From Octopus vulgaris (Eukaryota): 64,000 nt of DNA. Every line of letters starts with the position of its first letter. Positions within the stretch are counted from its first letter, which is position 1. Position numbers and translations under genes: made by a program. The stretch lies in assembly GCA_951406725.2 (NCBI GenBank), contig OX597816.1, positions 37,572,001 through 37,636,000 on the forward strand, written 5' to 3'. The notes beneath the pieces were generated by a model that worked only from the letters and a program-made list of their open reading frames with translations, had not been told where the DNA came from and searched no databases. Below are positions 39,355-52,332 of this stretch, piece after piece.

Positions 39355-40388
39355 ATTTTTTTAGTTTAATTTAAGTTCTTGAGAGAGTTCAAACCGGTTG
39401 TTAACAAAGCAACAAGACTTTTTGAGTTGAGTTCGCGGTGTTTGATACATGTGTTTGAGTTTGGTATGTTGGTTGAGTGGAGGCGCAATGGCCCAGTGGT
39501 TAGGGCAGCGGACTCGCGGTCGTAGGATCGCGGTTTCGATTCCCAGACCGGGCGTTGTGAGTGTTTATTGAGCGAAAACACCTAAAGCTCCACGAGGCTC
39601 CGGCAGGGATGGTGGTGATCCCTGCTGTACTCTTTCACCACAACTCTCTCTCACTCTTACTGCCTGTTTCTGTTGTACCTGTATTTCAAAGGGCCGGCCT
39701 TGTCACTCTCTGTGTCACGTTGAATATCCCCGAGAACTACGTTAAGGGTACACGTGTCTGTGGAGTGCTCAGCCACTTACACGTTAATTTCACGAACAGG
39801 CTGTTCCGTTGATCGGATCAACCGGAACCCTCGTCGTCGTAACCGACGGAGTGCTTCCATCCATGTTGGTTGAACTGTCGATGTTTACACCTAAGAGTGT
39901 GCATCCATTCACATAAGAATATCGGATGGAGAATTTTTGGAATGTCTTACAAATCTTCACTGTGCCATTAATAGATTGGATTTGAAGAATCCGCATCAGT
40001 TTCTTTTGTTCTTTTTCCGTAAAACCAAGTAGTTCTAAGTTTTCGTACAAATTTGTTGGTAACATAACTGAATGTGCCTATGATGATATATACAAAGGAG
40101 AATTCATAGTTTACATTAGATGTTCCATTGGACAAGTACACATGTGAGCTTAAAAATAAAACCACCTCTACCAATGCTTCTTCTGTTAAAATCCCATACC
40201 CAAGACATTGAGGTTTCCAGTGAAGCTACTGAACGAAATATTGGGTCCTTGAGAATAAAGGTAGCCAGGTTAATGAGCAAAGCTATATTAACAACAGAAC
40301 CGAACAGCAAGCAGCTGATTGACTAATATAGAAAGTTCCGCATTAATTCGCCATAAATGTTCTCTTTTGTATATATACTTTTTATGTA
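39355..40388 (-). mobile_element. Second R4/Dong-like family, deleted copy between (TATG)n tracts, carrying a SINE insertion
   Basis: ELLGFTEKEQKKLMRILQIQSINGTVKICKTFQKF is homologous to the C-terminus of the 38769 ORF. Confidence 0.7.
39477..39862 (+). mobile_element. tRNA-derived SINE (GGAGGCGCAATGGCCCAGTGG family), full length
   Basis: A-box TGGCCCAGTGG, B-box GGTTTCGATTCCC, and TSD ATGTTGGTTGA (39466-39476 / 39863-39873). The same head occurs at 57354. Confidence 0.9.
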
Positions 40389-40590
40389 AGTATGTATGTA
40401 TGTATGTATGTATGTATGCATGTATGTATGTATGTATGTATGTATGTATGTATGTATGTATGTATGTATGTATGTATGCATGTATGTATGTATGTATGTA
40501 TGTATGCATGTATGTATGTATGTATGTATGTATGTATGTATGTATGTATGTATGTATGTATATGTTTTAGAAAGCGGTACAAAGGGTAAG

Positions 40591-40843
40591 GTGGCGAGCT
40601 GACTCCTTGGAAGGCGGCGAGCTGGCATAATCGTTAGCACGTCGGGCGAAATGCTTAGCAGTATTTCGTCTGCCGTTACGTTGTGAGTTCAAATTCCGCC
40701 GAGGTCGACTTTACCTTTCATCCTTTCGGGTTCGATAAATTAAGTACCAGTTACGCACTGGGGTCGATATAATCGTCTTAATACCTATGTATGTCCTTGT
40801 TTGTCCCCTCTATGTTTAGCCCCTTGTGGGTAATAAATAAATA
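40591..40843 (+). mobile_element. GGCGGCGAGCTGG SINE, monomer with a short duplicated head
   Basis: Consensus match, flanked by GGTACAAGGG(G)TAAG repeats. Confidence 0.85.
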
Positions 40844-40849
40844 GGTACA

Positions 40850-41330
40850 AGGGGTAAGAAAAGTAGTTGGAGGAAGGGAAGGAAAGGTGAAGGATGTAAA
40901 TGAAAATTTGATAAAGGAAGTGAGGATGTACGAAGGAAATGGGCAGAGCATTTCAGTGAGCTGTTAAATGGGGAGAATGCTAGGGAGGCAAGTATAGTGG
41001 TTGTAGAGGAGATAGGAGAATGCGTGTTGTTGGAGAATGGAACTACGGTGCAACTGGAAGAGAGGGGGTGAGGGAATCCCTGCGGAAGATGGCAAACAGG
41101 AAGGCGTCAGGTATAGATGAGCGTACAGTGGAATGCCTACAGAAAGGAGGAATGACAGTGATTGAATGGTTAGTGATGCTTATGAATGTTTGTTATATGG
41201 CTTGAAAAGTACCAAAGGACTGGTACAGTGCCTGTATAGTTTCACTGTACAAGGGGAGAGGGGGTAAATGTGAGTGTGGAAATTTTAGGGGCATAAGTAT
41301 GTTGTGTGTGGTTGGTAAACGGTATGGAAA
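40850..41330 (+). mobile_element. RTE-clade LINE fragment
   Basis: WAEHFSELLN, KASGIDE and VPKDW...LYKGRG...CGNFRGISML. Confidence 0.8.
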
Positions 41331-41761
41331 AAGAGAAAAAAAATGGCCACCCCCTCCTAAAAAGGGAGAATAGGCCTGAGTATATGTATGTATGTATGTA
41401 CAGCGATACTAACTTATACACGCATACTTACATATACATCTATGTATGTGCACACATATACATGTGTCTGTACATGCGTGTGTGGGTGGGTGTTCGCGCG
41501 TGCGCATATTTGTTTCCATTTCTTAGAAAGATTGCTGGAATCGGTATTGTCGACAACTTCTTTTCAACAACTTCCTGTTTCGAAGACGTGTGAAATGAGT
41601 TATCCTTTACTTGGAGAAAGAAATAAAGGTTAGTATCAGGATGGACAAGCACGGGAAAATGGACGAACACGAAGGAAAGAAAAATAATGAAAGAATATGT
41701 ACATATGTAATTTATAAATTTTACGCGAACGGTATTTTGAGAAGAAAAGAGTTTGAAATAT

Positions 41762-42015
41762 GCTCAGAGGTTAAAGCGTCGGGCCTACAATCATGAGGTA
41801 ACGAGTTCGATTTCCGGACCGGGCTGTGTGTTGTGTTCTTGAGTAAGACACTTTATTTCACGTTGCTCCAGTTCACTCAGCTGAAGAAATGAGTTGCGAC
41901 GTCACTGGTGTCAAGCTATATTGGTCTTTTCCTTTCCCTTGGATAACATCAGTGGTGTGGAGAGGAGAGGCTGGTATGCATGGCCGACTGCTGGCCTTCC
42001 GTAAAACAAGCCTTA
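41762..42015 (+). mobile_element. tRNA-derived SINE
   Basis: GCTCAGAGG A-box, GAGTTCGATTTCC B-box and TTCTTGAGTAAGACACTT CORE-like segment. Confidence 0.75.
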
Positions 42016-43287
42016 TACCCCCTCACCACTATCCACACCGCCCTTGCCAGAGCACGGTCCGTGGACCGTGTATCTGCTCTCTCTCCCCGAACCCGCCCTG
42101 TAGTCTCCCGCCTCCCTTTTCCCCTCACTTACCACCCCACGACCCTACGTCTCCAACGCACCATTCTTCGAGCTTTCCGTCATCTCCAGTCCGACCCGTC
42201 CACTTCACACCTCTTCCCTAACCGACCCCTCCCCTCTTTCAAACGAGCCCACAACCTTCGAGACCTTTTGGTCCATAGCTCCTTCCCTGACCCTACCTCC
42301 CAACCCGGCTCGTTCCCCTGCTCCCGCCCACGTTGCCGCACTTGCCCTTACCTCTCCAACACCACCCGCCTCACTAGCACCCACCATCGACCCTATCTCA
42401 TCATCCACTCCTTCACCTGCACCTCCAGCAATATTATCTATTGCATCTCTTGCTCTCTCTGCAATTCCTTGTACATCGGACAAACGGGACGCCGCTTGGC
42501 TGACCGGTTCGCGGAACACCTTCGTGACATCCACCTTGCGAACGACACACCGGTCTCACGACATTTCCGCTCCACCGGTCACTCCTTGCAACACCTATCT
42601 GTGTTCGGTTTGTCCTTACACAGAGGCCATCCGGATTCCCGTTTGCGCCGTGAACAGGAATTAATCTTCTCTCTTCGCTCTTATACGCCATTTGGTCTCA
42701 ACTCTCCCCCCTCCTCATATAACCCCCTCTCCCCCTCCTCACCTATCCTTTCCCCCCGACCCCTACTTCTTCAGTCCTTCATCCTTTCACCCCTACTCCC
42801 CTTCCCTTCTTCCCTCTTTCTCCCTCCCTCTTCCCCTTCCCTCTGCTCCCTCACTTCCTCTCTCCCCTTCTCTCTCCCCCTCTCCCTCTTTCCTCCTTCA
42901 TCCCCCTCCTCCCCATCCTCTCCTCTTCCCCCCTCTCCCCCCCTCTTCTTCCCCTCCCCTTCTCTCCCCCCTCTTCTCCCCCTCCCCCTCTTCTCCTCAC
43001 TACACCACATGACTATACACATCACATCACATATGATGTGCCATACTAATACACACACCAACTAATACATACTAATACGTACTAATACATACTAGTACAT
43101 ACTAATACATACACCAACCCTATACATACACACGTCCAGACCCCGCATACGCACTTATACTCTCTCATACACACACACACACACTTATACATACCAATAC
43201 GTACTAATACATACTAATACATACTAATACATACACCAACCCCATACATACGCACGTCCAGACCAATCCTACGCACTAATACTCTCT

Positions 43288-43322
<35 letters not shown>

Positions 43323-43689
43323 ATACATACTAATACATACACCAACCCTATACATACACACATCCAGACCCCTCCTACGCACTATTAGCTGGTCCCTCAA
43401 CCCTTTTATCAACCCTATTATCTCCCCTTATTTCGCTCTCGCGTCTCATGTTTGATCTTTGACCTCTGGCCGAAATCAGATCGCCATGTTGATTCGTTAG
43501 CTACTGCACGCATTTTTTTCTCTCCTTCTTTCTGTGTTTTTCTCTCTCTGTGTATCTTTCTGTTGAAGAGCGTAGGCTCGAAACGTTAAAGACTTGTTTT
43601 ATTTATATTTCCTGAGCGCCATACTAATACAAATGTTCGTTTGTTTTCCACCTGCCTTCGTCTTTTGTTTATTTTCATAAAGCTTCCCG

Positions 43690-43690
<1 letters not shown>
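42016..43690 (+). mobile_element. 5'-truncated Penelope-like element (Neptune-type GIY-YIG endonuclease, 3' minisatellite region, hammerhead) ending in (TA)n
   Basis: Open frame with LTYHP...NLRDLLVHS...PCSRPRCRTC...NIIYCISCSLCNSLYIGQTGRRLADRFAEH...RREQELI...PFGLN. Confidence 0.9.
43555..43592 (+). ncRNA. Minimal type I hammerhead of the PLE 3' end (core CUGUUGA, A6U)
   Basis: UCUUU-CUGUUGA-A-GAGC-guag-GCUC-GAAA-CG-UU^-AAAGA, with palindromic ACGU stem III. Confidence 0.7.
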
Positions 43691-43750
<60 letters not shown>

Positions 43751-44083
43751 GAACACAAACAGGATGTAACAATGAAACTGCACAATAAAATACAAGATAA
43801 AAATACATGTACAAAAAAATACAAGACGAGAAATAAAAAGGGAATACAATACGGGAAATCAAACAAACAAGAGGACAAATGAGAAAAACCAAACAGACGA
43901 AAAAGGCCTTTTCTTGGCTAGACGAAAGATGTTGTGTGGCAGCGTGTGGAAAGCAAGACTTTTCAGTGTACATATATGTTTGTATGTATGCATATATTTT
44001 TAATTATCACATTATTGTCTGACAGCGCCTCGCGTCAGGTTCGTTTCGATTTGTCGGTTCGTTCCACTTCTTGTCTCCATTTA

Positions 44084-44145
<62 letters not shown>

Positions 44146-44617
44146 GTGTGTGTGTATGTGTATTGATAAATTAAATATAATTCATGGTAAAAATTTCATT
44201 TTGATTGAAGTACCAGTGGCTTCAGGACAAAAATTCTCAATACAGTTCACCTGCATTTAGTGTCTCTAACTGTCACTCACTCCCACTCCATTTGTTGTTT
44301 TAGTTTCCCTCTACCAGCATCACCGGGATGTGAAACATATTGTATTTTATTATTTTTGAAATTATTTGCTAATTAGTTGAGGTAAAAAAAATAGTGGTAT
44401 CTAAAACATGCAAAAATCTCTGAGCTATTATTAATGACATTGAATAGATGAAGAACAGCTGGTATGAATTGGGATATTTTCAAAGATATTTCCTTTGATA
44501 GAAAATTTAATTTCAATGAGCAGGACATAAGAGAGTCCTTATCTTATATTTGATATATATTGCCTAAGGAATAATAACTACACCATTGTTCAAAACAGTT
44601 TATGAATGTTCATGTGC

Positions 44618-44705
<88 letters not shown>

Positions 44706-44819
44706 TGTATGTATATGTATATATATATATATATGTGCGTGTGTGTGTATATATACATACATATATATTATATATTATATACTATACATATATATATATA
44801 TATATAATATTATATACTA

Positions 44820-47270
44820 TTCGCTCGAACCAACGAGACAGAATAAAACGATCTTGGATCTGGTATTGACCAATCACCCTAGCTACGTCCACAGTATTTC
44901 AGTCGAAAAAACTCTCCTCTCAGACCACGACTTGGTACTCTGCAATTTTAATTCCCGACATATAAAAACCAAACTATCCAATCCCACTCCATGGCACCCA
45001 TTTGACAACATAAACTTCCACAAAGCGGACTGGGGAGCAATCAGAAAGTATCTGTCTTCCATCGACTGGTCTTTTACTCTCAATTCCTCTCATATTGAGA
45101 CCGCGTGGCAGCACTTTGAAAACATTGTCACCTATACATGCTCTAAACACGCTCCCACGAAATCTACTAACACAAACAGAAACCGGCTCCCTAAAAAGAA
45201 AAAAACACTCATCAGACCTATCAAAAGACTCAACAAAAAAATCAACCAATTGAAATATTCCCACACACAACATCCACATTCAACAACAATGAAAAGACTA
45301 GAGATGGAAAAATTTCATTTGCAGACCAACATGAAAACCTCCATTGAAAATCAAAGAGCTGATGAGGAACAGTGGGTAATCAAAAACATCAAACAGAACC
45401 CAAAAGTGTTCTATTCTTATGCAAATAAGCATAGAACCACTGTCTCACCCATTGGGCCATTGATTGATGATAACGGCATTCCCCAACACAATGCAAAAGA
45501 AATGGCAGAAATACTGCAGAAACAATACTGCTCTGTCTTTAGTGTTCCCACTGATATTGACGTAAGAGAAGCGAACGAAGTTGACTCCCAACATAAAATC
45601 TCAGACATAACCTTCACTGCCACTGACATCGTAGCAGCAATAAATGAGGTCAAATATTACTCTGCTGTAGGCCCTGATAGATTCCCCGCTAGTCTCCTGA
45701 AGGAATGTAGACACCAACTTGCAGTCCCTCTGACCAACCTCTGGAGAAATTCGTTAGACGCAGGTTATATACCGAAACAGTTTCTATCCCAGTCGTTCAT
45801 CCCGGTTTTCAAACAGGGAAACAGATCCCTCGCAGTCAACTATCGCCCAATCTCACTCACCTCCCACATCATTAAAGTGTTTGAAAGAGTGTTAAGATCA
45901 AGGATAGCTGACTTCCTGGAGACCCACAAACTCCTAAATGCAAATCAGCATGGCTTTCGCTGTGGCAGGGACTGTCTAACACAGCTCTTACACCACATTG
46001 AAGATGTACTCAAAGCCTTGGGAACAGGTTCGAACTCTGACGTCATATATCTTGACTTCAGTAAAGCGTTCGACAGGGTAGACCATAATATCCTACTCTC
46101 AAAATTGGCAAATGTTGAAATCCGGGGAAAAGTTCTACACTGGATTAAGTATTTCCTGGCGAATAGAACACATGTTGTAGTTTATGGAGTCCACTCAAGC
46201 CCAGCAAAAATCACCAGCGGTGTTCCCCAGGGGACTGTTTTGGGTCCGCTACTCTTCATAATTTACATAAACGACCTTTCCAGTGTCGTACATTACTGCA
46301 AAGTGAAAATATTTGCTGATGACACTAAGCTCCAGCAAATCGTCAATGAAGAAGCATACCGAACTCAACTCCAGTCTGATCTATATGCCGTGAGTCAATG
46401 GACAGACAGAAACAAAATGCAACTGAATGAGGGAAAATTTGAGCTGATGCATTTTGGAAGAAATTCCTCACTAAAACAACCATACTCTCTTCCTTCAGGG
46501 GAACCGCTCACAGCCTCTAACAATATCAGAGACCTGGGTGTAATTGTTGATGACGATCTCAGTTGGAGTGCACACATCAACAAGAAGGTCGATATAGCTC
46601 GTAGTTCCTGGAACTTAAGAACTTTCCGGTCCAGAGAACAAGGTGTCATCATACCACTTTTTTCCTCCCTTGTACGGCCACACCTTGAATACTGCTGCCC
46701 ACTGTGGTCTCCCCATACAAGACAAAACATCTCCAGATTTGAGTCTCCCCAGAGGGCACTCACTAAACGAATTGAAGGCATGGCCGCTCTTGATTATTGG
46801 GATCGCCTTAAAGCCTTGAAACTTTACTCCCTCCAGCGTCGCCGTGAGCGGTACATCATTTGTAGGATGTGGAGAATATACCGCCAACTTTGCCCAAACG
46901 ACCTTAACATTAGCTTCAAGGTTCATCCAAGACTGGGACCACGGGCCATACGACCCCTGCCCAGTTCAAGATCACAACATACATGTACACTACAACATAA
47001 TTTCTTTTCCTCAACAAGCCCTGCCCTATTTAACATTGTCCCGAAGGAGATCAAAGAGGAAAAGGATCCCATCAACTTTAAACGGAGTCTGGATAGATTC
47101 CTTCAAAGAATACCAGATAAGCCACCCATAATTGGATACAACTCACCCAACAAGAACTCACTACTTGAACAAAACTTGCCTTAAACAGGATTCGCATAAT
47201 CCTATCAGGTGGTGCTATTAAGTTAGACATGGCCTGGACCAATCTTTGGTCGAAACATATCTAAGTTTAT
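44820..47270 (+). mobile_element. Young 5'-truncated CR1-group LINE in (TA)n
   Basis: End of the AP endonuclease (EPTR...LDLVLTN, SDHDLV), full RT domain, and 3' tail ending ATCTAAGTTT. Confidence 0.93.
44821..47184 (+). CDS. LINE ORF2, partial (APE C-terminus + reverse transcriptase); uninterrupted frame; the listed start at 44602 is microsatellite read-through
   Basis: [49 protein letters not shown]. Confidence 0.85.
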   Translation, partial: SLEPTRQNKTILDLVLTNHPSYVHSISVEKTLLSDHDLVLCNFNSRHIKTKLSNPTPWHPFDNINFHKADWGAIRKYLSSIDWSFTLNSSHIETAWQHFENIVTYTCSKHAPTKSTNTNRNRLPKKKKTLIRPIKRLNKKINQLKYSHTQHPHSTTMKRLEMEKFHLQTNMKTSIENQRADEEQWVIKNIKQNPKVFYSYANKHRTTVSPIGPLIDDNGIPQHNAKEMAEILQKQYCSVFSVPTDIDVREANEVDSQHKISDITFTATDIVAAINEVKYYSAVGPDRFPASLLKECRHQLAVPLTNLWRNSLDAGYIPKQFLSQSFIPVFKQGNRSLAVNYRPISLTSHIIKVFERVLRSRIADFLETHKLLNANQHGFRCGRDCLTQLLHHIEDVLKALGTGSNSDVIYLDFSKAFDRVDHNILLSKLANVEIRGKVLHWIKYFLANRTHVVVYGVHSSPAKITSGVPQGTVLGPLLFIIYINDLSSVVHYCKVKIFADDTKLQQIVNEEAYRTQLQSDLYAVSQWTDRNKMQLNEGKFELMHFGRNSSLKQPYSLPSGEPLTASNNIRDLGVIVDDDLSWSAHINKKVDIARSSWNLRTFRSREQGVIIPLFSSLVRPHLEYCCPLWSPHTRQNISRFESPQRALTKRIEGMAALDYWDRLKALKLYSLQRRRERYIICRMWRIYRQLCPNDLNISFKVHPRLGPRAIRPLPSSRSQHTCTLQHNFFSSTSPALFNIVPKEIKEEKDPINFKRSLDRFLQRIPDKPPIIGYNSPNKNSLLEQNLP

Positions 47271-47318
47271 ACTATACATATATACTTATATAACATATAT
47301 TATATATATATATATATT

Positions 47319-47640
47319 GTCTGTTTCCTGTCCTGTTTCTTTATTGTACTGTTTTTCTTTCATTTGTATTGCTTTTACGTCCTGTTTTTGTCACTTGTTT
47401 TACCCTTCTGCAAAAGAATTTTATTTAACTCCTTTTTCAGGAAGGACTGCTTCGACTGTGTTCTGTCCTTACCTTCGAAACACACTTTGAGTCGAACCAG
47501 GGACAGCTGATGAAGGGGAATTGTCCTTGTATTGTTTGTCCTGTACTCTGTTTTTTCGTTGTTTAAAAAAGTCCGTTTCCTTGTTTGATTCTATATTCTC
47601 GTCTCTCGTTGTGCTCTACGTTTATTTGTAGTGTCCTGTA

Positions 47641-47645
<5 letters not shown>
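47319..47645 (+). mobile_element. Third divergent member (5'-truncated) of the permuted-hammerhead repeat family in (TA)n
   Basis: Shares TTGTCCTGTACTCT..TTTTTCGTTGTTTAA and terminal GTGTCCTGTACTCATAT with the 10681 family. Confidence 0.75.
47457..47518 (+). ncRNA. Non-circularly permuted hammerhead ribozyme candidate, copy 4
   Basis: UGUG-UU^-CUGUCC-uua-CCUUC-GAAA-CACA-(16 nt)-GGACAG-CUGAUGA-A-GGGG. Stem I CUGUCC/GGACAG, stem III UGUGU/ACACA. Confidence 0.75.
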
Positions 47646-47704
<59 letters not shown>

Positions 47705-47839
47705 TATATATATACATGTAGATGTAAGTATGTACATATATGTATGTATATATGCATATATTCTATTTATTTATTATATATATATATATATATGTATGTC
47801 TATACATGTGTGTGTATGTATGTATATATATGTATGTAT

Positions 47840-48327
47840 CAGGTGCAGGTGTTGGTGATGTTCCCCGTCCGAGCTACTGGCCACGAGTATGTCGTCTATG
47901 TAGACATAGACGAAAGGCAGACCTCTAGTAACCATTGCCCGCAAGTCGGAAATTTCCGAGACACTGGACGACGAAAGGAAAGGGTTGGTGGAAGGAATCG
48001 CTGCCTGGAATGCCATGTCGACCGAGTATGTATTTTCCGCTGGGTTCTGTTCTGGGAAAGCCAGTGTTCGCAGGAATTCTCAGTTGTTTCGTTGCCAAGT
48101 AATGTGCAAGCTGTGATTTTTCGACATGGTTGAAGCTGGCTCAAGGGAAGGCCGCAATTCGTTGACGGGGTCACCAAATGTAGCAGTTATGTGAGTATAT
48201 CAGGTGAACAGATGCAAAAGGAATGTGAATGTCTTTGAAGTAAACAAATGAGTGAATCGATTCATAGTTACAAATAATTTATTCACTGGACTTTGTTTGT
48301 CGTTGGTACACATAATTTTTCACTACA
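47840..48327 (-). mobile_element. Deleted Ty3/gypsy fragment: 149-bp LTR, PBS, 5' internal sequence fused to an RT piece
   Basis: LTR 48179-48327 with TGTAG...CTACA termini and AATAAA. PBS TGGTGACCCCG (tRNA-Trp-like) at 48176-48166. Peptide [17 protein letters not shown]. Confidence 0.75.
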
Positions 48328-48380
48328 TGCAAAATGTTGACAACTGCTACGAGTTGCTAGAAATAGAAACAGGGTACATC

Positions 48381-49208
48381 TGTGGAAGTGATGTGTCAGA
48401 AATGGATATTTGTGTGTGTGTGTGTGTGCGCACGCGCATAGTTCATCTGAGATCAGTAGTCTAGCGCGGAACTTCGAACATTTCTCTCGGGTCCTTGCGG
48501 TCGTTGAAAACTTGCCGTGTCGTAGACGTTCCTCGTTTGCCTGCTGGGCCTTTCTCTTTTTTCTCTGTCTGTTGGCCACCGTTTTTATAATAATCGTGGC
48601 AGCCAGAAGGACAGACATATTGCAACAGAGTTTGTACCTAAATAGGTCAGCTCCTATCCATTTGAACTTCGCCTGACAAGGCTGAGGTCGTAGGTCAAAG
48701 GGAGATGATCAATCACTTTCTGACAGGACAAAGAAAACCTTTTTTTCGCGCCTGTTGATCATGGTGGTTTGGACAACCAAGAATTCTTAGATTCGGTTTC
48801 GAATCTAGGCTTGGAGAAGGAAGTGTTAATTTTTACATATATATACAGCAAATAAGGAAGATTTACCTGGAAGATTTCGTTGCCCCTTGGCAGAAACGGC
48901 TGTAAGGAAGTAGCCCTTACACACCCATTCGGTTTTACTGACAATCTGTTTATTTACTCATTTGCTCATTTACTCAATTAATCACCTGTTCCTATATGAT
49001 TATATGCTTCCACGCCCTTGTTTTTGCAATTACCAACTCTTTCTATTTGATAATCTGTACCACTAATACATGTATGCTTTCATCTACTCATTGGAATAAA
49101 TAGACATACTGGAATGTTTACTAGCTGATGTCTGTCGATTTTGTATCCTCTCCACTTTCTTATTTGCCATATAAATCAAGGGTAAACCACTTTTCACCCC
49201 TGCCCACA
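48381..49208 (+). mobile_element. Possible solo LTR
   Basis: TGTGG...CCACA termini and AATAAA near 49095, but no matching TSD. Confidence 0.35.
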
Positions 49209-49338
49209 TATAACACTCAATTGCAAGATTACCACGCAATAACTAGCACTTGGGTATGAATAATTGGGTACAGTAGCAGCAGTTTATTGGATATGTACTA
49301 TCCCTTAGTTGGTTTCTCAACCTCTATCTCACACAGTA

Positions 49339-49370
<32 letters not shown>

Positions 49371-50176
49371 TCATTCATTCATTCAATCTATGCAAGCAGA
49401 GGAAAACTGACACAGAAATGAACAAACAATAATATTTCATCAAAAAATATTTTATTTAAAAAAAAAGTTTCTTATTGAGTAGTTCTAGAGAATAATAGTT
49501 AACATCAAAAGATAACTTTAGAATAGAATGGGACTTACTGTAAAAATAATTTAGTAATATTTTGGTACTTTTGTGAGAAAAATAAATATAAAACCTAAAT
49601 GTAAATTAAAAAATGAAAAGCCTTCTAGCTTTGAAATTAGCTTTACATAAATGTAAGATGTTTGAAATAAAAAAATAATAAATTCACACTCCGATAATTT
49701 ATAAAAACTGTCAAATTTTCAGAAAGGCAACTTAAACAAGAATGGATAACATTTTCTGAGATATGGGTCACCTGAGACATGGCTTAGTAGGCAAGCTGCA
49801 TTAAAAAAACAATCAAAGGTAATCTTTAGTTTGGCATGCCATTCAGAATGATTCATGGGCCGCATGTGGCCTATGGGCAGCTTACCCATGACTGAGTTAC
49901 ATTGTCTCTATGCAATGTATCAACTGAGCGAGTTTAAAATGTTTCAGAGATGTAACAGAAATATGAAACAACAAGCTTAAATGGATAAAGGAACTAATAT
50001 GATTAGCTTTGTTTAATCTATTATTGTATTTAGATTTAATTTAATAGTCTGATATGTCCAGAAGTACATTTTATATTTTTTATAACTTTATGAGCCCCAT
50101 GAGTCACTAGAACATTAGCAGTCTTTAAAATTTGATCCTCTTGTAGCCAACCTGGCAGAACTCATCCCCACTTTAA

Positions 50177-50920
50177 CCCTTTAGCTTTTAAACCATCCAT
50201 ATCTGGCCCCAAATATTCTACCTGTTTTATGTTCAATCCAGCCTGATCTGGCCCCTTATACTTACCTTACAAAGTTATTCTAAAGATAAGCACTTCATTG
50301 AAATCTCAATGCTATGAGATAATGCATGATTAATTCTAAACAATGGGTATAAATAAGCATTACCGTAAATCTTGAGTATAATCCACACTTTTTTCCCTAA
50401 AATTTAAAGGTCAAAATCCCTAGTGTGTACTATATACGAGGTTAAAAATGAAAAATATTTTCTAAGCAATGTCTGAGTCTCTATTTGCTGTCCAGCAATG
50501 TTTATTCAGATGCATTTTGTGATGCCAGGCGCAAAAATGCCTTAAGCTAAGCCTGGAAGCAATGAAGTCATAAAAGAATCATCATCCATAACTTGCAGTA
50601 AGCAACATTTATTAAAATAAAAGTATTCAGAACACAGAATAACATGTAATAAAAACAATTTGCAAGCATATTTACATTCCCATATAACAGTTAAGAACAT
50701 CACCATTATTGTATTACGCATGCACGGAAGTGTTTGTTCGACTAGGTGCTGCTGGCTTAATTACACACAACTCAAGTTAGAGAAGGGGTGTTTATTATAC
50801 ACAAGGTTTAGGTTTTTCAGAAGTACAGCCCCCTAAAAATCCCCTGCGTATTCTACTCAAGGGCAGACTATACTCAAGGATTTACGGTATATTTGACTAA
50901 ATAATCTGGATGCTAAAGGA
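50177..50920. mobile_element. piggyBac-type MITE containing a nested Tc/mariner-type MITE
   Basis: TTAA|CCCTTTAGC ... GCTAAAGGA|TTAA. Confidence 0.8.
50363..50887. mobile_element. Tc/mariner (pogo/Tc2-like) MITE
   Basis: TA|CCGTAAATCTTGAGTATA ... TATACTCAAGGATTTACGG|TA. Confidence 0.85.
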
Positions 50921-51176
50921 TTAAATGGACATACATAAGGTTGTGAACTCAACACTACAAAACATTTGTCAATTTACAGTGTTCCCATTGCCTTGGAGGC
51001 AAGCTGTATTTTTGCATTGTACCTATTTTCATTCAAGTGAACCAGCAAGGTTGAAATGTCTTGGTTATAGATATAGAACAGCACCAGTGATAATGTACAA
51101 AACACCGACACCATCTTGTGGACTAACACACTTTAGCAACTCAGCCAATTGTATCTCTTCTCCTAGAATACTTTAA

Positions 51177-51397
51177 CCCTTCCGTTACCAACCCAGCTAA
51201 AACCGACTCTGGCTCTGTAGTACAAATGTCTCGTTTTCATAAGTTTTGAATTAATATCTTCCACCAAACCTTAGTCACAATTTATGTTCCTAACACTAGC
51301 TTAATGATAACTAAGTTATTTCACTAAATTCTTTGTTATATTTAAAGTAATTAAAAGAAACACAGAGCGTCTCAAAATAAATACAGTAACGAAAGGG
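51177..51397. mobile_element. piggyBac-type MITE, second family
   Basis: TTAA|CCCTTCCGTTAC ... GTAACGAAAGGG|TTAA. Confidence 0.85.
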
Positions 51398-51452
51398 TTA
51401 AGCATTAAATTGAGTTGATTAGTACATAGTCCACTAATTCAAGTAAACAAAA

Positions 51453-51840
51453 TCTTTATATATAAAAGTGAAGTTGTGTGAGTGTCTGTCTCCTACGATT
51501 TAGATTCCTAACTACTCCCACATTTTGCGGTGCAGTTTAACCAAAACCGGGTATCTTATAGTTATGATTCATATCGAGCCCTTCTGGGTATTACCGCGCG
51601 TCTACGATCTTAAAAATAATTTACTATCATTTTTTTCCATTTTAATGCATTTTTCGCTATTATATAAGGGAAGTAACTCTCTAAAAATGTCTACGATGAG
51701 TCAACGATTTTAAAAAAAATTTACCATCATTTTTTTCCATTTTTAATGCTTTTTTTGCTATTTTTTGGCTATAACTCTCTAAAAATGCTTATATAGTTAT
51801 TTCCCTTACAAACCCGAGCAATGCCGGACGATACTGCTAG
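51453..51840 (+). mobile_element. Non-autonomous Helitron
   Basis: A|TC 5' end, subterminal hairpin CCCGAGCAATGCCGG, CTAG|T 3' end, no TSD. Confidence 0.85.
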
Positions 51841-52332
51841 TAGGATATAAAATTAATTTTATTTAAAAAACTTTATTATCAGCTTCAAATATTGTAGATT
51901 TAACTGGGATTTTTTCTTTTTCTTTTTTTGAGAAACATGTGTAGCTCAGTTAATAACTACTTGCAACACGCAGCTGAGCTCTGGTATTTGATCCAAATAC
52001 TCAAGGAATCAATCAAAACTGCAAAAATAAGATTCTAACCCTTTAGCATTTTAACTGGCTCAAATATTCAACCTGCTTTATGTTCAAACCAGCCAGATCC
52101 AGCCTCTCACACCTACCCTGCAATTTCAATCTAAAAATAATCATAACTTTGAAATTTTGAGGCTACAAGATAACGCATAATTAATTCAATCCTTAAATCC
52201 TTAAAAATGTTTTAGCCCGAAGGCTGCGGCCATGCTGGGGCACCACTGCTGAAACATCAGTACCCCGGGTGAGGTGAATAAATATTTATTCAATGTGAAT
52301 AAATATGTATTAGATTTGACAGAGAAATGTGA

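Noticed and set aside
39477-39555. tRNA gene
   Set aside because: It is the tRNA-like head of a SINE (A/B boxes followed by a SINE body and TSD). The same applies to 23118, 41762 and 57354.
41535-41625. Possible further permuted hammerhead on the minus strand (CUUC-GAAA-CAGG...UUGAAAA-GAAG)
   Set aside because: Stem II and a U3-A8 core fit, but I found no strand providing CCUG-U-H plus stem I. At best it is a decayed relative.
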